A stretch of 64,000 nt of DNA from an uncultured Mycoplasmatota bacterium (GCA_937944975.1 CALEBF010000004.1:9759-73758); one strand, 5' to 3'; counted from the first letter of the stretch, positions 1 through 9,396 are shown. A program made the numbers and translations. Notes: generated by a model from the sequence alone, not told the origin.

Positions 1-1
1 A

Positions 2-598
2 AATTGGCAGTATATTCCACCTGTTTGTAGACCTTACTATGCAAAAAAAGTTTTAATTGTAGGTGGAGAAAGTACAGGTAAGTCTACTTTGGTAGAGAAT
101 CTTGCGATCGCATATAATACGACGTTCGTAAGAGAAATAGGAAGAGATACATGTGAATTTGCAGGTGGAGAAGAATTCATGAATCAGTATGATCTATATG
201 AAAATCTTTTGCGGCAAAAGATAGAGGAAATACAAGCTTTGAAAGAATGTAATCGCATTTTATTTGTAGATACCGACGCGCTTACAACCAAATTTTATTC
301 TCACTTTTTACTAGAAGATGAAAAGGTCATTTGTAAATGCGACGAGTTGGCGGATGCCATTACGAAGATAAATGAGTTTGACTTAGTTTTGTTTTTAGAA
401 CCAACTGTTACTTTTGTTCAAGATGGTACGAGAAGTGAAGAAATTTCGAAAGATAGAGAAAGATACAGTAATCAAATCAAAGCGTTGTTCCAAGAACATG
501 GAATTTCATTTGTGAGTTTAGATGGGAATTATCTAGAGCGCTTCAATCAGGCAAAGGAATTGATCAAAGAAAAGTTTAACATAGAAACAATCTGGTAA
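2..598 (+). CDS. NadR-type P-loop ATPase / ribosylnicotinamide-kinase-like protein, 5' end outside window
   Basis: The frame is open from nt 2. The translation KKVLIVGGESTGKSTLVENLA (P-loop) lies upstream of the first Met of the 89..598 track ORF. LFVDTDALTTKFY resembles the NadR RNK domain. Confidence 0.6.
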   Translation, partial: NWQYIPPVCRPYYAKKVLIVGGESTGKSTLVENLAIAYNTTFVREIGRDTCEFAGGEEFMNQYDLYENLLRQKIEEIQALKECNRILFVDTDALTTKFYSHFLLEDEKVICKCDELADAITKINEFDLVLFLEPTVTFVQDGTRSEEISKDRERYSNQIKALFQEHGISFVSLDGNYLERFNQAKELIKEKFNIETIW

Positions 599-674
599 AA
601 TGATATCTTGTATAGTACTTTTTTAAAAGTTATGTTATAATCAACTTATGAAAAAGATGAACGGAGGTAGTAGC

Positions 675-1490
675 ATGGAGTATCGTTCGGAAGAAGAATT
701 TTTAAAACATTACGATTCGAGTCAGTTTGAAAAGTTATCGATGACTGCCGATATATTGATCTTTAGTGTTTCCGATGGGTTACAGGAAAATTATAGAAAA
801 CTAAACGAAAAATTATTTAGTGTCTTACTTGTAAAGAGACGTGACTATCCATTTAAAGATCAGTGGTGCTTACCTGGTGGATTTGTTGCGATCGATGAAA
901 GTATCGATGATGCAGCCAAGAGAGTCTTGGCTGATGAGACGAATTTACGCAATATCTATATGGAACAACTTTATACGTTTGGAGCAGTAGATCGCGATCC
1001 GAGAATGAGAATTGTAAGTACTTCTTATATGTCTTTGATCGATAAAAATCAACTGAATGAAAAAATATGCGAGAATGCCTCTTGGTTTCATATCCATGTA
1101 TTAGAAGATGAAAATACGATAGATATTACACTTGAAAATGGAGAAGAGGAGCTGAAAATAAAAGCTCGTAAAGTTTTACAAGATCGTGCTGCAGAGAGAT
1201 ACCAATATGTCATCGAGAAAAACGAAACTCTCGCATTCGATCATGCGCTTGTCTTAGTTACTGGAATGCAGCGTTTAAAAAACAAGATAGAGTATACGGA
1301 TATCGTATTTCACATGATGCCTGAATATTTTACGTTAGGAGAATTACAACAAGTGTATGAAGTGATCTTAGGAAAGAAATTACTAGATCCAGCTTTTCGA
1401 AGAATCACTGCAGATAAAGTTGAAAAGACAGCGAAAGTGAGAACTGGTGGCGGACATCGACCATCTGCTTTATTTCGATATCGAAAATAG
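675..1490 (+). CDS. nrtR: NrtR-like Nudix-family transcriptional regulator of NAD metabolism
   Basis: GGAGG lies 7 nt upstream of ATG 675. The Nudix box is present but degenerate (GGFVAIDESIDDAAKRVLADETNL). The C-terminal winged-helix block FTLGELQQVYEVILGKKLLDPAFRRI is typical of NrtR. Confidence 0.65.
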   Translation: MEYRSEEEFLKHYDSSQFEKLSMTADILIFSVSDGLQENYRKLNEKLFSVLLVKRRDYPFKDQWCLPGGFVAIDESIDDAAKRVLADETNLRNIYMEQLYTFGAVDRDPRMRIVSTSYMSLIDKNQLNEKICENASWFHIHVLEDENTIDITLENGEEELKIKARKVLQDRAAERYQYVIEKNETLAFDHALVLVTGMQRLKNKIEYTDIVFHMMPEYFTLGELQQVYEVILGKKLLDPAFRRITADKVEKTAKVRTGGGHRPSALFRYRK

Positions 1491-1522
1491 AAGTTGCTTG
1501 AAAGAAAGCAACTTTATTTTTT
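1491..1522 (+). terminator. Rho-independent terminator after nrtR-like gene
   Basis: Stem AAGTTGCTT / AAGCAACTT followed by TATTTTTT. Confidence 0.75.
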
Positions 1523-1582
1523 GATTTCTTCTAAATTTGAATCAAATACATGTTATAATAGAAGTTAGAAAAGAGTGGTAGA

Positions 1583-4180
1583 ATGAATAAGATAATTTTA
1601 GTAGATGGAAATAATTTATTGTTTCGAAGTTATTATGCGACTGCGTATAATGGAAATTTTATGAAAAATAGTAAAGGATTTCCAACGAATGCTCTTTTTG
1701 GGTTTACCAATATGATCAATAAAATTATTTTGGAAGAAAAGCCTGAATATATGATCGTTGCTTTCGATAAAGGAAAAACGTTTCGTCATGAAAAATATAC
1801 AGAGTATAAGGGTGGTAGACAAGAAACACCGGACGAGTTAAAGAAGCAATTTCCGATTGCGAAAGAACTACTTACCTACATGGGAATTAAATACTATGAA
1901 ATCGATCAATATGAAGCAGATGATATTATTGGAACATTTGCAAAGTTTTGCGACGACGATCCGGATTTTATTGGAACGATTATTAGTAGTGATAAAGATT
2001 TACTACAATTGATTAGTTCAGATGTCGACATTAAACTTTTAAAACAGAAAGACTACATTCGATATAATGAAGATACATTCCGCGAAGCATATGGAATTGA
2101 ACCGAAAGCGATTGTCGATCTAAAGGCATTACAGGGAGATGCTTCAGATAATATACCAGGAGTACGTGGAATCGGTGAAAAGACAGCATTAAAATTACTC
2201 CAACAATATCATACGCTCGATAATTTATATGATCATATCGATGAGATCAAAGGAAAGATGAAAGAAAAGCTAGTCGAAGATAAAGAAAAAGCTTATATGA
2301 GTTATGATCTTGCTACGATTGTGAGAGATGTTCCAGTTGAAATTACGATGGAAGATGTCAAAATAAAGCCAAAAGATCATAAGAAATTGACGGATTTATA
2401 CGAAGATTTAGAATTCTTTTCTTTCTTAAAAAAGGAAAAGCAACCAGAGAAAGAAATGGAAAAAAAACCACTAGAGATTCAGATTGCACGTTCGTTAAAC
2501 GAAATTCACATCAACGAGGAGACTGCAATTTATCTAGAAGTATTAGGAAGTAATTATCATACTGCTAAAATACTAGGGCTTGCAGCTTATAATGACCACA
2601 GTAGTGTGTTTATTCCATTTTCTTTACTAAAAGAACACCCAAGTTTTTTAACAAAAGTACCACTTTCTACGTACGATGCAAAAAAAGTGCTTGTTGCACT
2701 CGCATATGAGAATATTCCAATCGGGTCGATTTCTTTCGATACGATGATCGCTGGATATCTACTTGATTACAACGTGAAGGATGATATTGCTTACTTGGCG
2801 AATACCTTTGACGCAGATATTCCTTTTTATGAAAATATCTATGGTAAGGCTAATAAACTTGTGGAACCGAAGGAAGATATCATCGCATATCATGCGATTA
2901 CGAAAGCAAAATTCATTTATGAGACAAAAAATATTTTCTATAATAAATTAAAAAATGAAGAATTACTTTCTCTATTTGAAGAGATCGAAATGCCTCTTAC
3001 ACAAGTTTTAGCGGATATGGAACATACTGGTGTATGTTTAGACCGAGATTGTTTGAAAGAAATGGGAGAGGAAATAAAATTAAAGATAGAACTCATCGAA
3101 CACGATATTTATAATGATGCTGGATGCGAATTTAATATCGCCTCCCCGAAAGAGTTGGGGAATATATTGTTTGAAAAATTGAAACTTCCTCACGGAAAGA
3201 AAACAGCACGAGGATATTCGACGAGTATCGATGTTTTAAATAAACTTGTAGATGATCATCCAATCATCAATCGTATTATCGAATATCGTATGCTTACCAA
3301 ATTATATAGTACTTATATCGAAGGATTATTAAATACCGTGCACGAAGATGGTAAAATTCATACGATTTATACACAAACTTTAACGAGAACAGGTCGTCTT
3401 TCTTCGATCGAACCGAACTTACAGAATATTCCGATTCGATATGAATATGGTAGGTTAATTCGTAAGGCATTCGTTCCAAGTAAAGATAGTATTATCCTGG
3501 GAGGAGACTATTCGCAAATCGAACTTCGTATCATGGCACATATGGCGAATGTCGATGCACTAATAGAGGCATTTCAGAACGATATGGATATTCATACGAA
3601 GACGGCGAGCGATATTTTTCATGTAGATCCTCTTCATGTAACAAAGGAAATGCGCCGAATAGCAAAAGCAGTCAACTTTGGAATTATCTATGGGATTAGT
3701 AGTTTTGGCCTTTCCGAAAATTTACAGATTAGTGTGAGCGAGGCAAAACAATTTATCGATCATTATTTAGAGACTTATCCTGGAATTGATCTATATATGA
3801 AAGAATGTATCGCTCTTGCACACAAAGATGGTTATGTACGTACACTTTTCCACAGGAAAAGAAATATTCCTGAATTAAACAATAAAAATTATATGATAAG
3901 GCAACAGGGCGAGAGGATTGCTCTTAATACGCCAATTCAAGGAACAAGTGCTGATATTATCAAGAAGGCTATGATTGAAATTTATAGATATTTAGATGAA
4001 AATCACTTGCGTTGTAAGATGATTTTACAAGTACATGATGAACTTTTATTCGATTGTCCAAAAGATGAAGTAAAAGTTGTGGAAAAAGCGATCAAAGATA
4101 TTATGGAACACACGTGTGAGTTGAAAGTTCCATTAAAAGTTGAGATGGAATCAGGAGAAAACTGGTATCAAGCAAAATAA
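1583..4180 (+). CDS. polA: DNA polymerase I
   Basis: 865 aa. The N-terminal 5'-3' exonuclease domain shows LVDGNNLLFRSYYA and GDASDNIPGV. Family-A polymerase motifs are DYSQIELR, RRIAKAVNFGIIYG and QVHDE. Confidence 0.95.
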   Translation: MNKIILVDGNNLLFRSYYATAYNGNFMKNSKGFPTNALFGFTNMINKIILEEKPEYMIVAFDKGKTFRHEKYTEYKGGRQETPDELKKQFPIAKELLTYMGIKYYEIDQYEADDIIGTFAKFCDDDPDFIGTIISSDKDLLQLISSDVDIKLLKQKDYIRYNEDTFREAYGIEPKAIVDLKALQGDASDNIPGVRGIGEKTALKLLQQYHTLDNLYDHIDEIKGKMKEKLVEDKEKAYMSYDLATIVRDVPVEITMEDVKIKPKDHKKLTDLYEDLEFFSFLKKEKQPEKEMEKKPLEIQIARSLNEIHINEETAIYLEVLGSNYHTAKILGLAAYNDHSSVFIPFSLLKEHPSFLTKVPLSTYDAKKVLVALAYENIPIGSISFDTMIAGYLLDYNVKDDIAYLANTFDADIPFYENIYGKANKLVEPKEDIIAYHAITKAKFIYETKNIFYNKLKNEELLSLFEEIEMPLTQVLADMEHTGVCLDRDCLKEMGEEIKLKIELIEHDIYNDAGCEFNIASPKELGNILFEKLKLPHGKKTARGYSTSIDVLNKLVDDHPIINRIIEYRMLTKLYSTYIEGLLNTVHEDGKIHTIYTQTLTRTGRLSSIEPNLQNIPIRYEYGRLIRKAFVPSKDSIILGGDYSQIELRIMAHMANVDALIEAFQNDMDIHTKTASDIFHVDPLHVTKEMRRIAKAVNFGIIYGISSFGLSENLQISVSEAKQFIDHYLETYPGIDLYMKECIALAHKDGYVRTLFHRKRNIPELNNKNYMIRQQGERIALNTPIQGTSADIIKKAMIEIYRYLDENHLRCKMILQVHDELLFDCPKDEVKVVEKAIKDIMEHTCELKVPLKVEMESGENWYQAK

Positions 4181-4216
4181 AATGATACATAGAATATATA
4201 TGTAAAGAGGGAAAAT

Positions 4217-5080
4217 ATGAAAAAGATTATACATGTGATGCGCATGAGTATCCTGGTGAATGTCATGCTTGCGATCGGAAAGATATTAGCTGGGTGGTTA
4301 GGTTCTTCGGGAGCACTGATCGCAGATGGAATTCATTCGTTTAGTGATCTGATTACTGATTTCTGTGCGATTCTAGGAAGTAAGATGGCAGCAAAGCCTG
4401 CAGATAAGAAACATCCATATGGACATGGTAGATTAGAATATATGACAAGCTTAGTGATTGGAGTTATGATTTTAGGTGTTGGATTTTCTGTCATTTATGG
4501 AGCGTTTTCACGTGAAATTACAATTCCTAGTGTGTTCGTTATTCTCGTTAGCTTTATTAGTATCGTATCAAAACTAGGATTATCTACTTATTTGATTCGT
4601 AAAGGAAACGAATATCGTAGTAATATTTTAACGGCGAGTGGAAAAGAAAGTAGAACAGATGTGATCAGTTCTTTCGTCGTTTTACTTTCTTCATCCTGTA
4701 TGCAATTTACAACACAGGTTCCAATCTTGAAATATGCGGATCTTGTTGCGATGATTATCGTCGGAATTTTAATTGTTCACGTAGGATTTGGTGTATTAAA
4801 AGAAAATTTGAGTGCGGTATTAGGCGAGCGAGAAATGGACCGCGAGGTGCAAAACGAAATCGAGGCATTAGCGCAATCTTACGAAGAAATTTATCACATA
4901 GAATCTATCTATCTTATCAAGTATGGTCCGTATTATTGTCTTGATTTAGTAATTCATATGGATGGAGGACTTACTCTGATTTACGCGCATAAAATTGTCG
5001 ACCAGTTAGAGGATCAGATTCAAAAAAAGTACCCAAGTATTCAATATTTTAATATACATATGGAACCGGAAGAAAAATAG
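4217..5080 (+). CDS. Cation diffusion facilitator family metal exporter
   Basis: Multi-TM N-terminal half with HSFSDLITD and HPYGHGR motifs, plus a C-terminal cytoplasmic domain. Confidence 0.8.
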   Translation: MKKIIHVMRMSILVNVMLAIGKILAGWLGSSGALIADGIHSFSDLITDFCAILGSKMAAKPADKKHPYGHGRLEYMTSLVIGVMILGVGFSVIYGAFSREITIPSVFVILVSFISIVSKLGLSTYLIRKGNEYRSNILTASGKESRTDVISSFVVLLSSSCMQFTTQVPILKYADLVAMIIVGILIVHVGFGVLKENLSAVLGEREMDREVQNEIEALAQSYEEIYHIESIYLIKYGPYYCLDLVIHMDGGLTLIYAHKIVDQLEDQIQKKYPSIQYFNIHMEPEEK

Positions 5081-5130
5081 ATAGGACTAGTATTTTTAGA
5101 AATTATTGGTATAATGAAAATGGTAAGATT

Positions 5131-5715
5131 ATGACAAATATAGAAAAAATAGATCAAGCATGTATGAAGACTAGACAACGTTATCAAGGGTATTATCAAG
5201 ATGAAGGAAAAATGAGTGAACATTTGAGACATGCTTTGAACGGAGGGTTAAAAGGTAATTTTTCGGCATTTACAAGACAAGGTGGTGCGCGGGAACAAGT
5301 CATGTCGCTTGCAAAAGAAGAATTAGAAGCAGAGCTTTTAAAAAATTTAATTCGTACCGTTGCTTATAAGAGAGAGACGAATGATTTTGAGTATGGAAAT
5401 GGGAGATCACTGTTTGATTTAAGTACGGTCAATGATTTCATTCCTCTTTCAGCGGTAGAAAATGGACTTTATGATGCTATGATTGAGGGAAATATAAATC
5501 CATTATCTCAAGGAATGGAGAGAGGACAAATGGGATTTGCTTGGATGGAACATCCTCTCATTCGTGATGCTATCGTTACTTCTTTTGTCCATAATCGTTA
5601 TGAGAGAAATATAAATGTACAGTTAGATGATAGAATGCTTACGTCTCGTGAAGTTGAATTATTAGATGCGATAGATGTATATGCCCTTCGAAAGCAAAAT
5701 GGTTTTCATATATGA
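5131..5715 (+). CDS. Hypothetical protein (194 aa, soluble)
   Basis: Clean ORF preceded by an extended -10 (TGGTATAAT, 5107-5115). No motif I recognise. Confidence 0.5.
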   Translation: MTNIEKIDQACMKTRQRYQGYYQDEGKMSEHLRHALNGGLKGNFSAFTRQGGAREQVMSLAKEELEAELLKNLIRTVAYKRETNDFEYGNGRSLFDLSTVNDFIPLSAVENGLYDAMIEGNINPLSQGMERGQMGFAWMEHPLIRDAIVTSFVHNRYERNINVQLDDRMLTSREVELLDAIDVYALRKQNGFHI

Positions 5716-5851
5716 TTATTCCTTGTAAATTTGTATTTCGTTTTTTCGAAGATTATTATATTTAGCTAATGTTGAATTGATTTTTAATTTTTATTTTTGA
5801 AAAGGCTGATATAAAGTTATGATAGATTAGTATTGAAGAAGATGGGTACTT

Positions 5852-6604
5852 ATGAATGAAAAAAATATCGAAAAGGCAAGAAATGATTTAAGGGTTAAAT
5901 TTGATTATCTTATTAGGGATAAAATCCATGTTTTTCGTGCAATTCCTGAAGATAATATGAATAAAATCATAATTTATTGTCATGGATTAGGAAGCAATAA
6001 ATTATGGGCGACTAGATTTTATGATGATTTATTAAAAAATAAAATTGGCATTATTTCTTTTGATTTTCCTGGTCATGGAGAAGATAAAACAGATTTTTCA
6101 TTTTTTAATTTAAGTTTGTGTATAACTTATTTAGAAGAAATGATTACATATGTGAAAATAAAGTATAATGTGCCTATATATTTGTTTGGATGTAGTTTTG
6201 GTGGATTTGTGATCTTGAATAAGTTAATACAGAATAATGAAAATATAGAAAAGACAATGTTAATGTGTCCTGCTATTAATTTTTGTGAGATTATGGAACG
6301 TAAATCAGGAGTATCATCTAATTATTTTAATACTAATAAATTTATGCTTTTGTATAACAATATTAAAATATATAAAGATGCTTATCTTGAGTTCAAAAAA
6401 GGCGATAATGATGTTAAAAATTATAAGTTTCAAAATGTTGTAATAATTCAAGGAACTTCTGATAAGACAGTACTTTATAAAGATATTTGTGATTTTTGTA
6501 ATAATCATAATTTAAAGTTAACAACTATTGAAGATGGAAAACATGAACTATATAATTATGATAATGAAATTATTGATTTTTTATTGAATCATATTAACGA
6601 ATGA
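5852..6604 (+). CDS. Alpha/beta-fold hydrolase
   Basis: HG-type oxyanion segment CHGLGSN and nucleophile elbow GCSFGG, with late GTSDKT and GKHEL segments for the Asp/His. Extremely AT-rich coding sequence. Confidence 0.7.
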   Translation: MNEKNIEKARNDLRVKFDYLIRDKIHVFRAIPEDNMNKIIIYCHGLGSNKLWATRFYDDLLKNKIGIISFDFPGHGEDKTDFSFFNLSLCITYLEEMITYVKIKYNVPIYLFGCSFGGFVILNKLIQNNENIEKTMLMCPAINFCEIMERKSGVSSNYFNTNKFMLLYNNIKIYKDAYLEFKKGDNDVKNYKFQNVVIIQGTSDKTVLYKDICDFCNNHNLKLTTIEDGKHELYNYDNEIIDFLLNHINE

Positions 6605-6614
6605 TATTATATAA

Positions 6615-6643
6615 TTGACTTATGAAATTTAAGATGATAAAAT
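6615..6643 (+). promoter_or_regulatory. Sigma-A-type promoter of the serS leader
   Basis: TTGACT (6615-6620), a 17-nt spacer, and TAAAAT (6638-6643) with TG at -15/-14. Confidence 0.6.
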
Positions 6644-6649
6644 AAAATA

Positions 6650-6853
6650 AGAAATCGATGAAGGAACATAGTAGTAAATGGAACCGTGAGAGAAAGTTCG
6701 TGGCTGATGAAAACGAACCGTGGAAGTTTACGAATCTACTCCAGAGTGAAATGCAAACATTTCCGGTGTTATGCCGTTATCTAAAATGAAGTAACCAAGT
6801 AGGATGGTACCGCGATTTTATCGCTCCTATATGTGGTTACTTTTTTGTTTTTT
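6650..6853 (+). promoter_or_regulatory. T-box riboswitch leader (Ser specifier) controlling serS
   Basis: The AGTA/AGAGA stem-I elements are present. The specifier-loop context is GAA-TCT-A (TCT at 6735-6737). The T-box sequence is AGGATGGTACCGCG (6801-6814). The terminator helix pairs GTAACCA (6791-6797) with TGGTTAC (6834-6840) and is followed by TTTTTTGTTTTTT. Confidence 0.85.
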
Positions 6854-6893
6854 ACGATCTGGAGATACTATGGAAAGGAATGGGAGGATAAAA

Positions 6894-8180
6894 ATGATAG
6901 ATATCAATTTAATTCGAGAAAATAAAGAAAAAGTAAAGGAAAATATTAAGAAGAAGTTTCAAGACCACAAACTTCCGCTTGTAGATGAAGTAGAAGCTTT
7001 GGATAAAGAATATCGTGATGTAAAAGCAAAAGGAGATCAATTACGTGGTTTAAAAAATGCTAAGAGTAGTGAGATTGGTGCTTTGATGCGTGAAGGGAAA
7101 AAGGAAGAAGCAGAAAAAGTAAAAGAAGAAATCGCAAACATGGGTAAGGAGATTGAAGAACTTACTGAAAAAGAAGAGAAATTACAAGCGACAATCAAAG
7201 AAAAAATGATGATGATTCCAAATATCATTGCAGATTCAGTTCCAATTGGAAAAGATGATAGTGAAAATGTAGAACTAGAATGTTTTGGTGAAAAGACAGC
7301 GTTCGATTACGAGGTTCCATATCATTTAGATATTATCGAAAAATTAGGTGGAATCGATTTAGATAGCGCAAGAAGAGTTGCAGGAAATGGATTTTATTAT
7401 TTGATTGGTGATATCGCTCGATTACATTCAGCTGTTTTAACGTATGCGAGAGATTTTATGATCGATAAAGGATTTACGTACTGTATTCCACCTTACATGA
7501 TTCGCGGAGATGTCGTAGATGGAGTTATGAGTTTTGAAGAAATGGATGCGATGATGTATAAGATCGAGGGAGAAGATCTCTATTTAATCGGAACAAGTGA
7601 GCATTCTATGATTGGAAAATTCAAAGGACAAATTTTGGATGCAAGTGAAATTCCATATACGATGACAAGTTATTCACCATGTTTCAGAAAAGAAAAGGGT
7701 GCACACGGAATCGAAGAGAGAGGAATTTATCGTATTCATCAATTTGAAAAACAAGAGATGATCGTCGTATGTGATCCAAAAGATAGCGATGAATGGTTCG
7801 ATAAAATGTGGCATTATACTGTGGAATTATTCCGTAGTATGGAAATTCCAGTACGTGCTTTAGAATGCTGTAGTGGAGATCTTGCTGATTTAAAATATAA
7901 GAGTATCGATGTAGAGGCATGGAGTCCAAGACAAAAGAAGTATTTCGAAGTTGGAAGCTGCTCTAATTTAACAGATGCGCAAGCAAGAAGACTTGGAATT
8001 CGCATCAAGAATGGAAAAGAGAAATACTATGCTCATACGTTGAATAATACCGTTGTTGCACCACCGAGAATGTTGATTTCTATTTTAGAGAACCATTTGA
8101 ATGAAGATGGAAGTGTCAGTATTCCAAAAGTTTTACAACCTTACATGGGTGGAAAGACAAAAATCGAAGTGAAAAAATAA
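6894..8180 (+). CDS. serS: Seryl-tRNA synthetase
   Basis: GGGAGGA RBS upstream of ATG 6894. N-terminal coiled-coil arm and a class-II core (CFRKEKGAHG, RIHQFEKQE, NNTVVAPPR). The track start at 6804 lies inside the T-box terminator. Confidence 0.93.
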   Translation: MIDINLIRENKEKVKENIKKKFQDHKLPLVDEVEALDKEYRDVKAKGDQLRGLKNAKSSEIGALMREGKKEEAEKVKEEIANMGKEIEELTEKEEKLQATIKEKMMMIPNIIADSVPIGKDDSENVELECFGEKTAFDYEVPYHLDIIEKLGGIDLDSARRVAGNGFYYLIGDIARLHSAVLTYARDFMIDKGFTYCIPPYMIRGDVVDGVMSFEEMDAMMYKIEGEDLYLIGTSEHSMIGKFKGQILDASEIPYTMTSYSPCFRKEKGAHGIEERGIYRIHQFEKQEMIVVCDPKDSDEWFDKMWHYTVELFRSMEIPVRALECCSGDLADLKYKSIDVEAWSPRQKKYFEVGSCSNLTDAQARRLGIRIKNGKEKYYAHTLNNTVVAPPRMLISILENHLNEDGSVSIPKVLQPYMGGKTKIEVKK

Positions 8181-8186
8181 ATCAAA

Positions 8187-8216
8187 ATAGACAAGTGTGA
8201 AACCTGTCTATTTTTT
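8187..8216 (+). terminator. Rho-independent terminator after serS
   Basis: Stem ATAGACA / TGTCTAT followed by TTTTTT. Confidence 0.7.
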
Positions 8217-8264
8217 CGTGGACAAATGAATGTAAATCGTGTATTCTTATAGTAGGAGGAGAAT

Positions 8265-9026
8265 ATGAAAAAGAAGAAGTTAGTTATAACGGTTGCAGTG
8301 ATCATTGGAATATTGGCGATTTTGGGTATCTATTTTGGATACAAGGCTTTTTTGCTTTCTTTTCATCGAATGCCAGATGATTCAAAGAAGGAGTATCAAA
8401 GTTTATTATCAGGATACGAAAAGAGAGATACATTGGAAGTGCAACATAGTGAATCATTGCCAGAAGAGATGCTCACGTATCAAAATGTTCAATTTCAAAA
8501 TGTTGTAGAAGGATTTGAAAAATCGGAAGAAGATGATTATGTTAGTTATAAACTACTCGATAGTAGTGGTAATTATCAAGCATATTTCACCGTATCAATT
8601 ACAGAGCCATTTCTCGATCATGTCGGGAAGGACGATGGTACATTTGTCATGGGAAAAGATGAACTTGATGCGGTTGAATCGGATGATTTCGCCAAAAGAA
8701 AAGGACTAAAAAACGATGTTGATTTCTTCGATTATTTGATTGAACATCAAAATGACAAACATGATTTGTTTACTCCAGCCAAGACAATCAAAGAAGATCA
8801 TTATGTACAATTGTTATCATATATTATGTTACCGTCAGTTAATTCTGTAACCGTATTAAAAGGAGATTTAGAAGGTTATATTTTGAATATGGGGGATATG
8901 AAAGAAGTGAGCATCTTAAAAGATGGAAAACGATATGTATTTTCATTTATGGGTTCGGATTATTTTACAGATGTTGTAATTAGAGAGTTTATAAATACTT
9001 TAGTAATTGATAAAAGCATTCAGTAA
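8265..9026 (+). CDS. Hypothetical membrane-anchored protein (253 aa)
   Basis: AGGAGGAG RBS, a single N-terminal TM helix (LVITVAVIIGILAILGIYFGY), then an acidic extracytoplasmic domain. No family recognised. Confidence 0.55.
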   Translation: MKKKKLVITVAVIIGILAILGIYFGYKAFLLSFHRMPDDSKKEYQSLLSGYEKRDTLEVQHSESLPEEMLTYQNVQFQNVVEGFEKSEEDDYVSYKLLDSSGNYQAYFTVSITEPFLDHVGKDDGTFVMGKDELDAVESDDFAKRKGLKNDVDFFDYLIEHQNDKHDLFTPAKTIKEDHYVQLLSYIMLPSVNSVTVLKGDLEGYILNMGDMKEVSILKDGKRYVFSFMGSDYFTDVVIREFINTLVIDKSIQ

Positions 9027-9042
9027 GACGAATGCTTTTTTT
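9013..9042 (+). terminator. Rho-independent terminator
   Basis: Stem AAAGCATTC / GAATGCTTT followed by a T-run. It overlaps the stop codon. Confidence 0.7.
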
Positions 9043-9057
9043 ATAATGGTTATTATC

Positions 9058-9096
9058 ATATACCCCCTCCTTTTCAAATACCCTAAGGGGGTATAT
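9058..9096. promoter_or_regulatory. CsoR-type operator (G/C-tract inverted repeat) upstream of csoR-copA
   Basis: A perfect 11-bp inverted repeat pairs ATATACCCCCT (9058-9068) with AGGGGGTATAT (9086-9096). The inner element ATACCCTAAGGGGGTAT (9078-9094) has the TACCC-N-GGGTA form known for CsoR operators. TATAAT boxes sit at 9042-9047 and 9094-9099. Confidence 0.7.
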
Positions 9097-9114
9097 AATG
9101 TAGATGGTGAGATT

Positions 9115-9396
9115 ATGAAAAAAATAACGATTCGTTCAGATCAAGAAAAGAAGAAACTTTTGAATCGTCTCAATCGAATTGAGGGACAAGTACGTGGTGT
9201 AAAACGGATGATCACAGAGGATCAATACTGCAATGATATTTTGATTCAATTAGCAGCTATTGAAAAATCTGTGCAAAGCTTATCTATAGAAATGTTAGAA
9301 AGTCATTTATATCGGTGTATTTCTAACGATATGAAAGATGGAAACATAGATGCGATCGACGAAGTAATACAATTGTTTAGGAGGTTTCAAAAATGA
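9115..9396 (+). CDS. csoR: CsoR-family copper-sensing transcriptional repressor
   Basis: DUF156 signature NRLNRIEGQVRGV. Candidate ligand residues are in YCNDIL and HLYRC. ATG 9115 follows a GGTGAG RBS. The track start at 9007 would run through the operator. Confidence 0.85.
   Translation: MKKITIRSDQEKKKLLNRLNRIEGQVRGVKRMITEDQYCNDILIQLAAIEKSVQSLSIEMLESHLYRCISNDMKDGNIDAIDEVIQLFRRFQK

Noticed and set aside
6804-6893. N-terminal 30 codons of the track ORF for serS (MVPRFYRSYMWLLFCFLRSG...).
   Set aside because: These codons overlap the T-box sequence, terminator helix and U-run. The serS homology, with a good RBS, begins at ATG 6894.
9007-9114. Upstream extension of the csoR ORF (MIKAFSKTNAFFIMVIIIYPLLF...).
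   Set aside because: It would be translated across the upstream terminator, promoter and CsoR operator. The family-typical N-terminus starts at ATG 9115.
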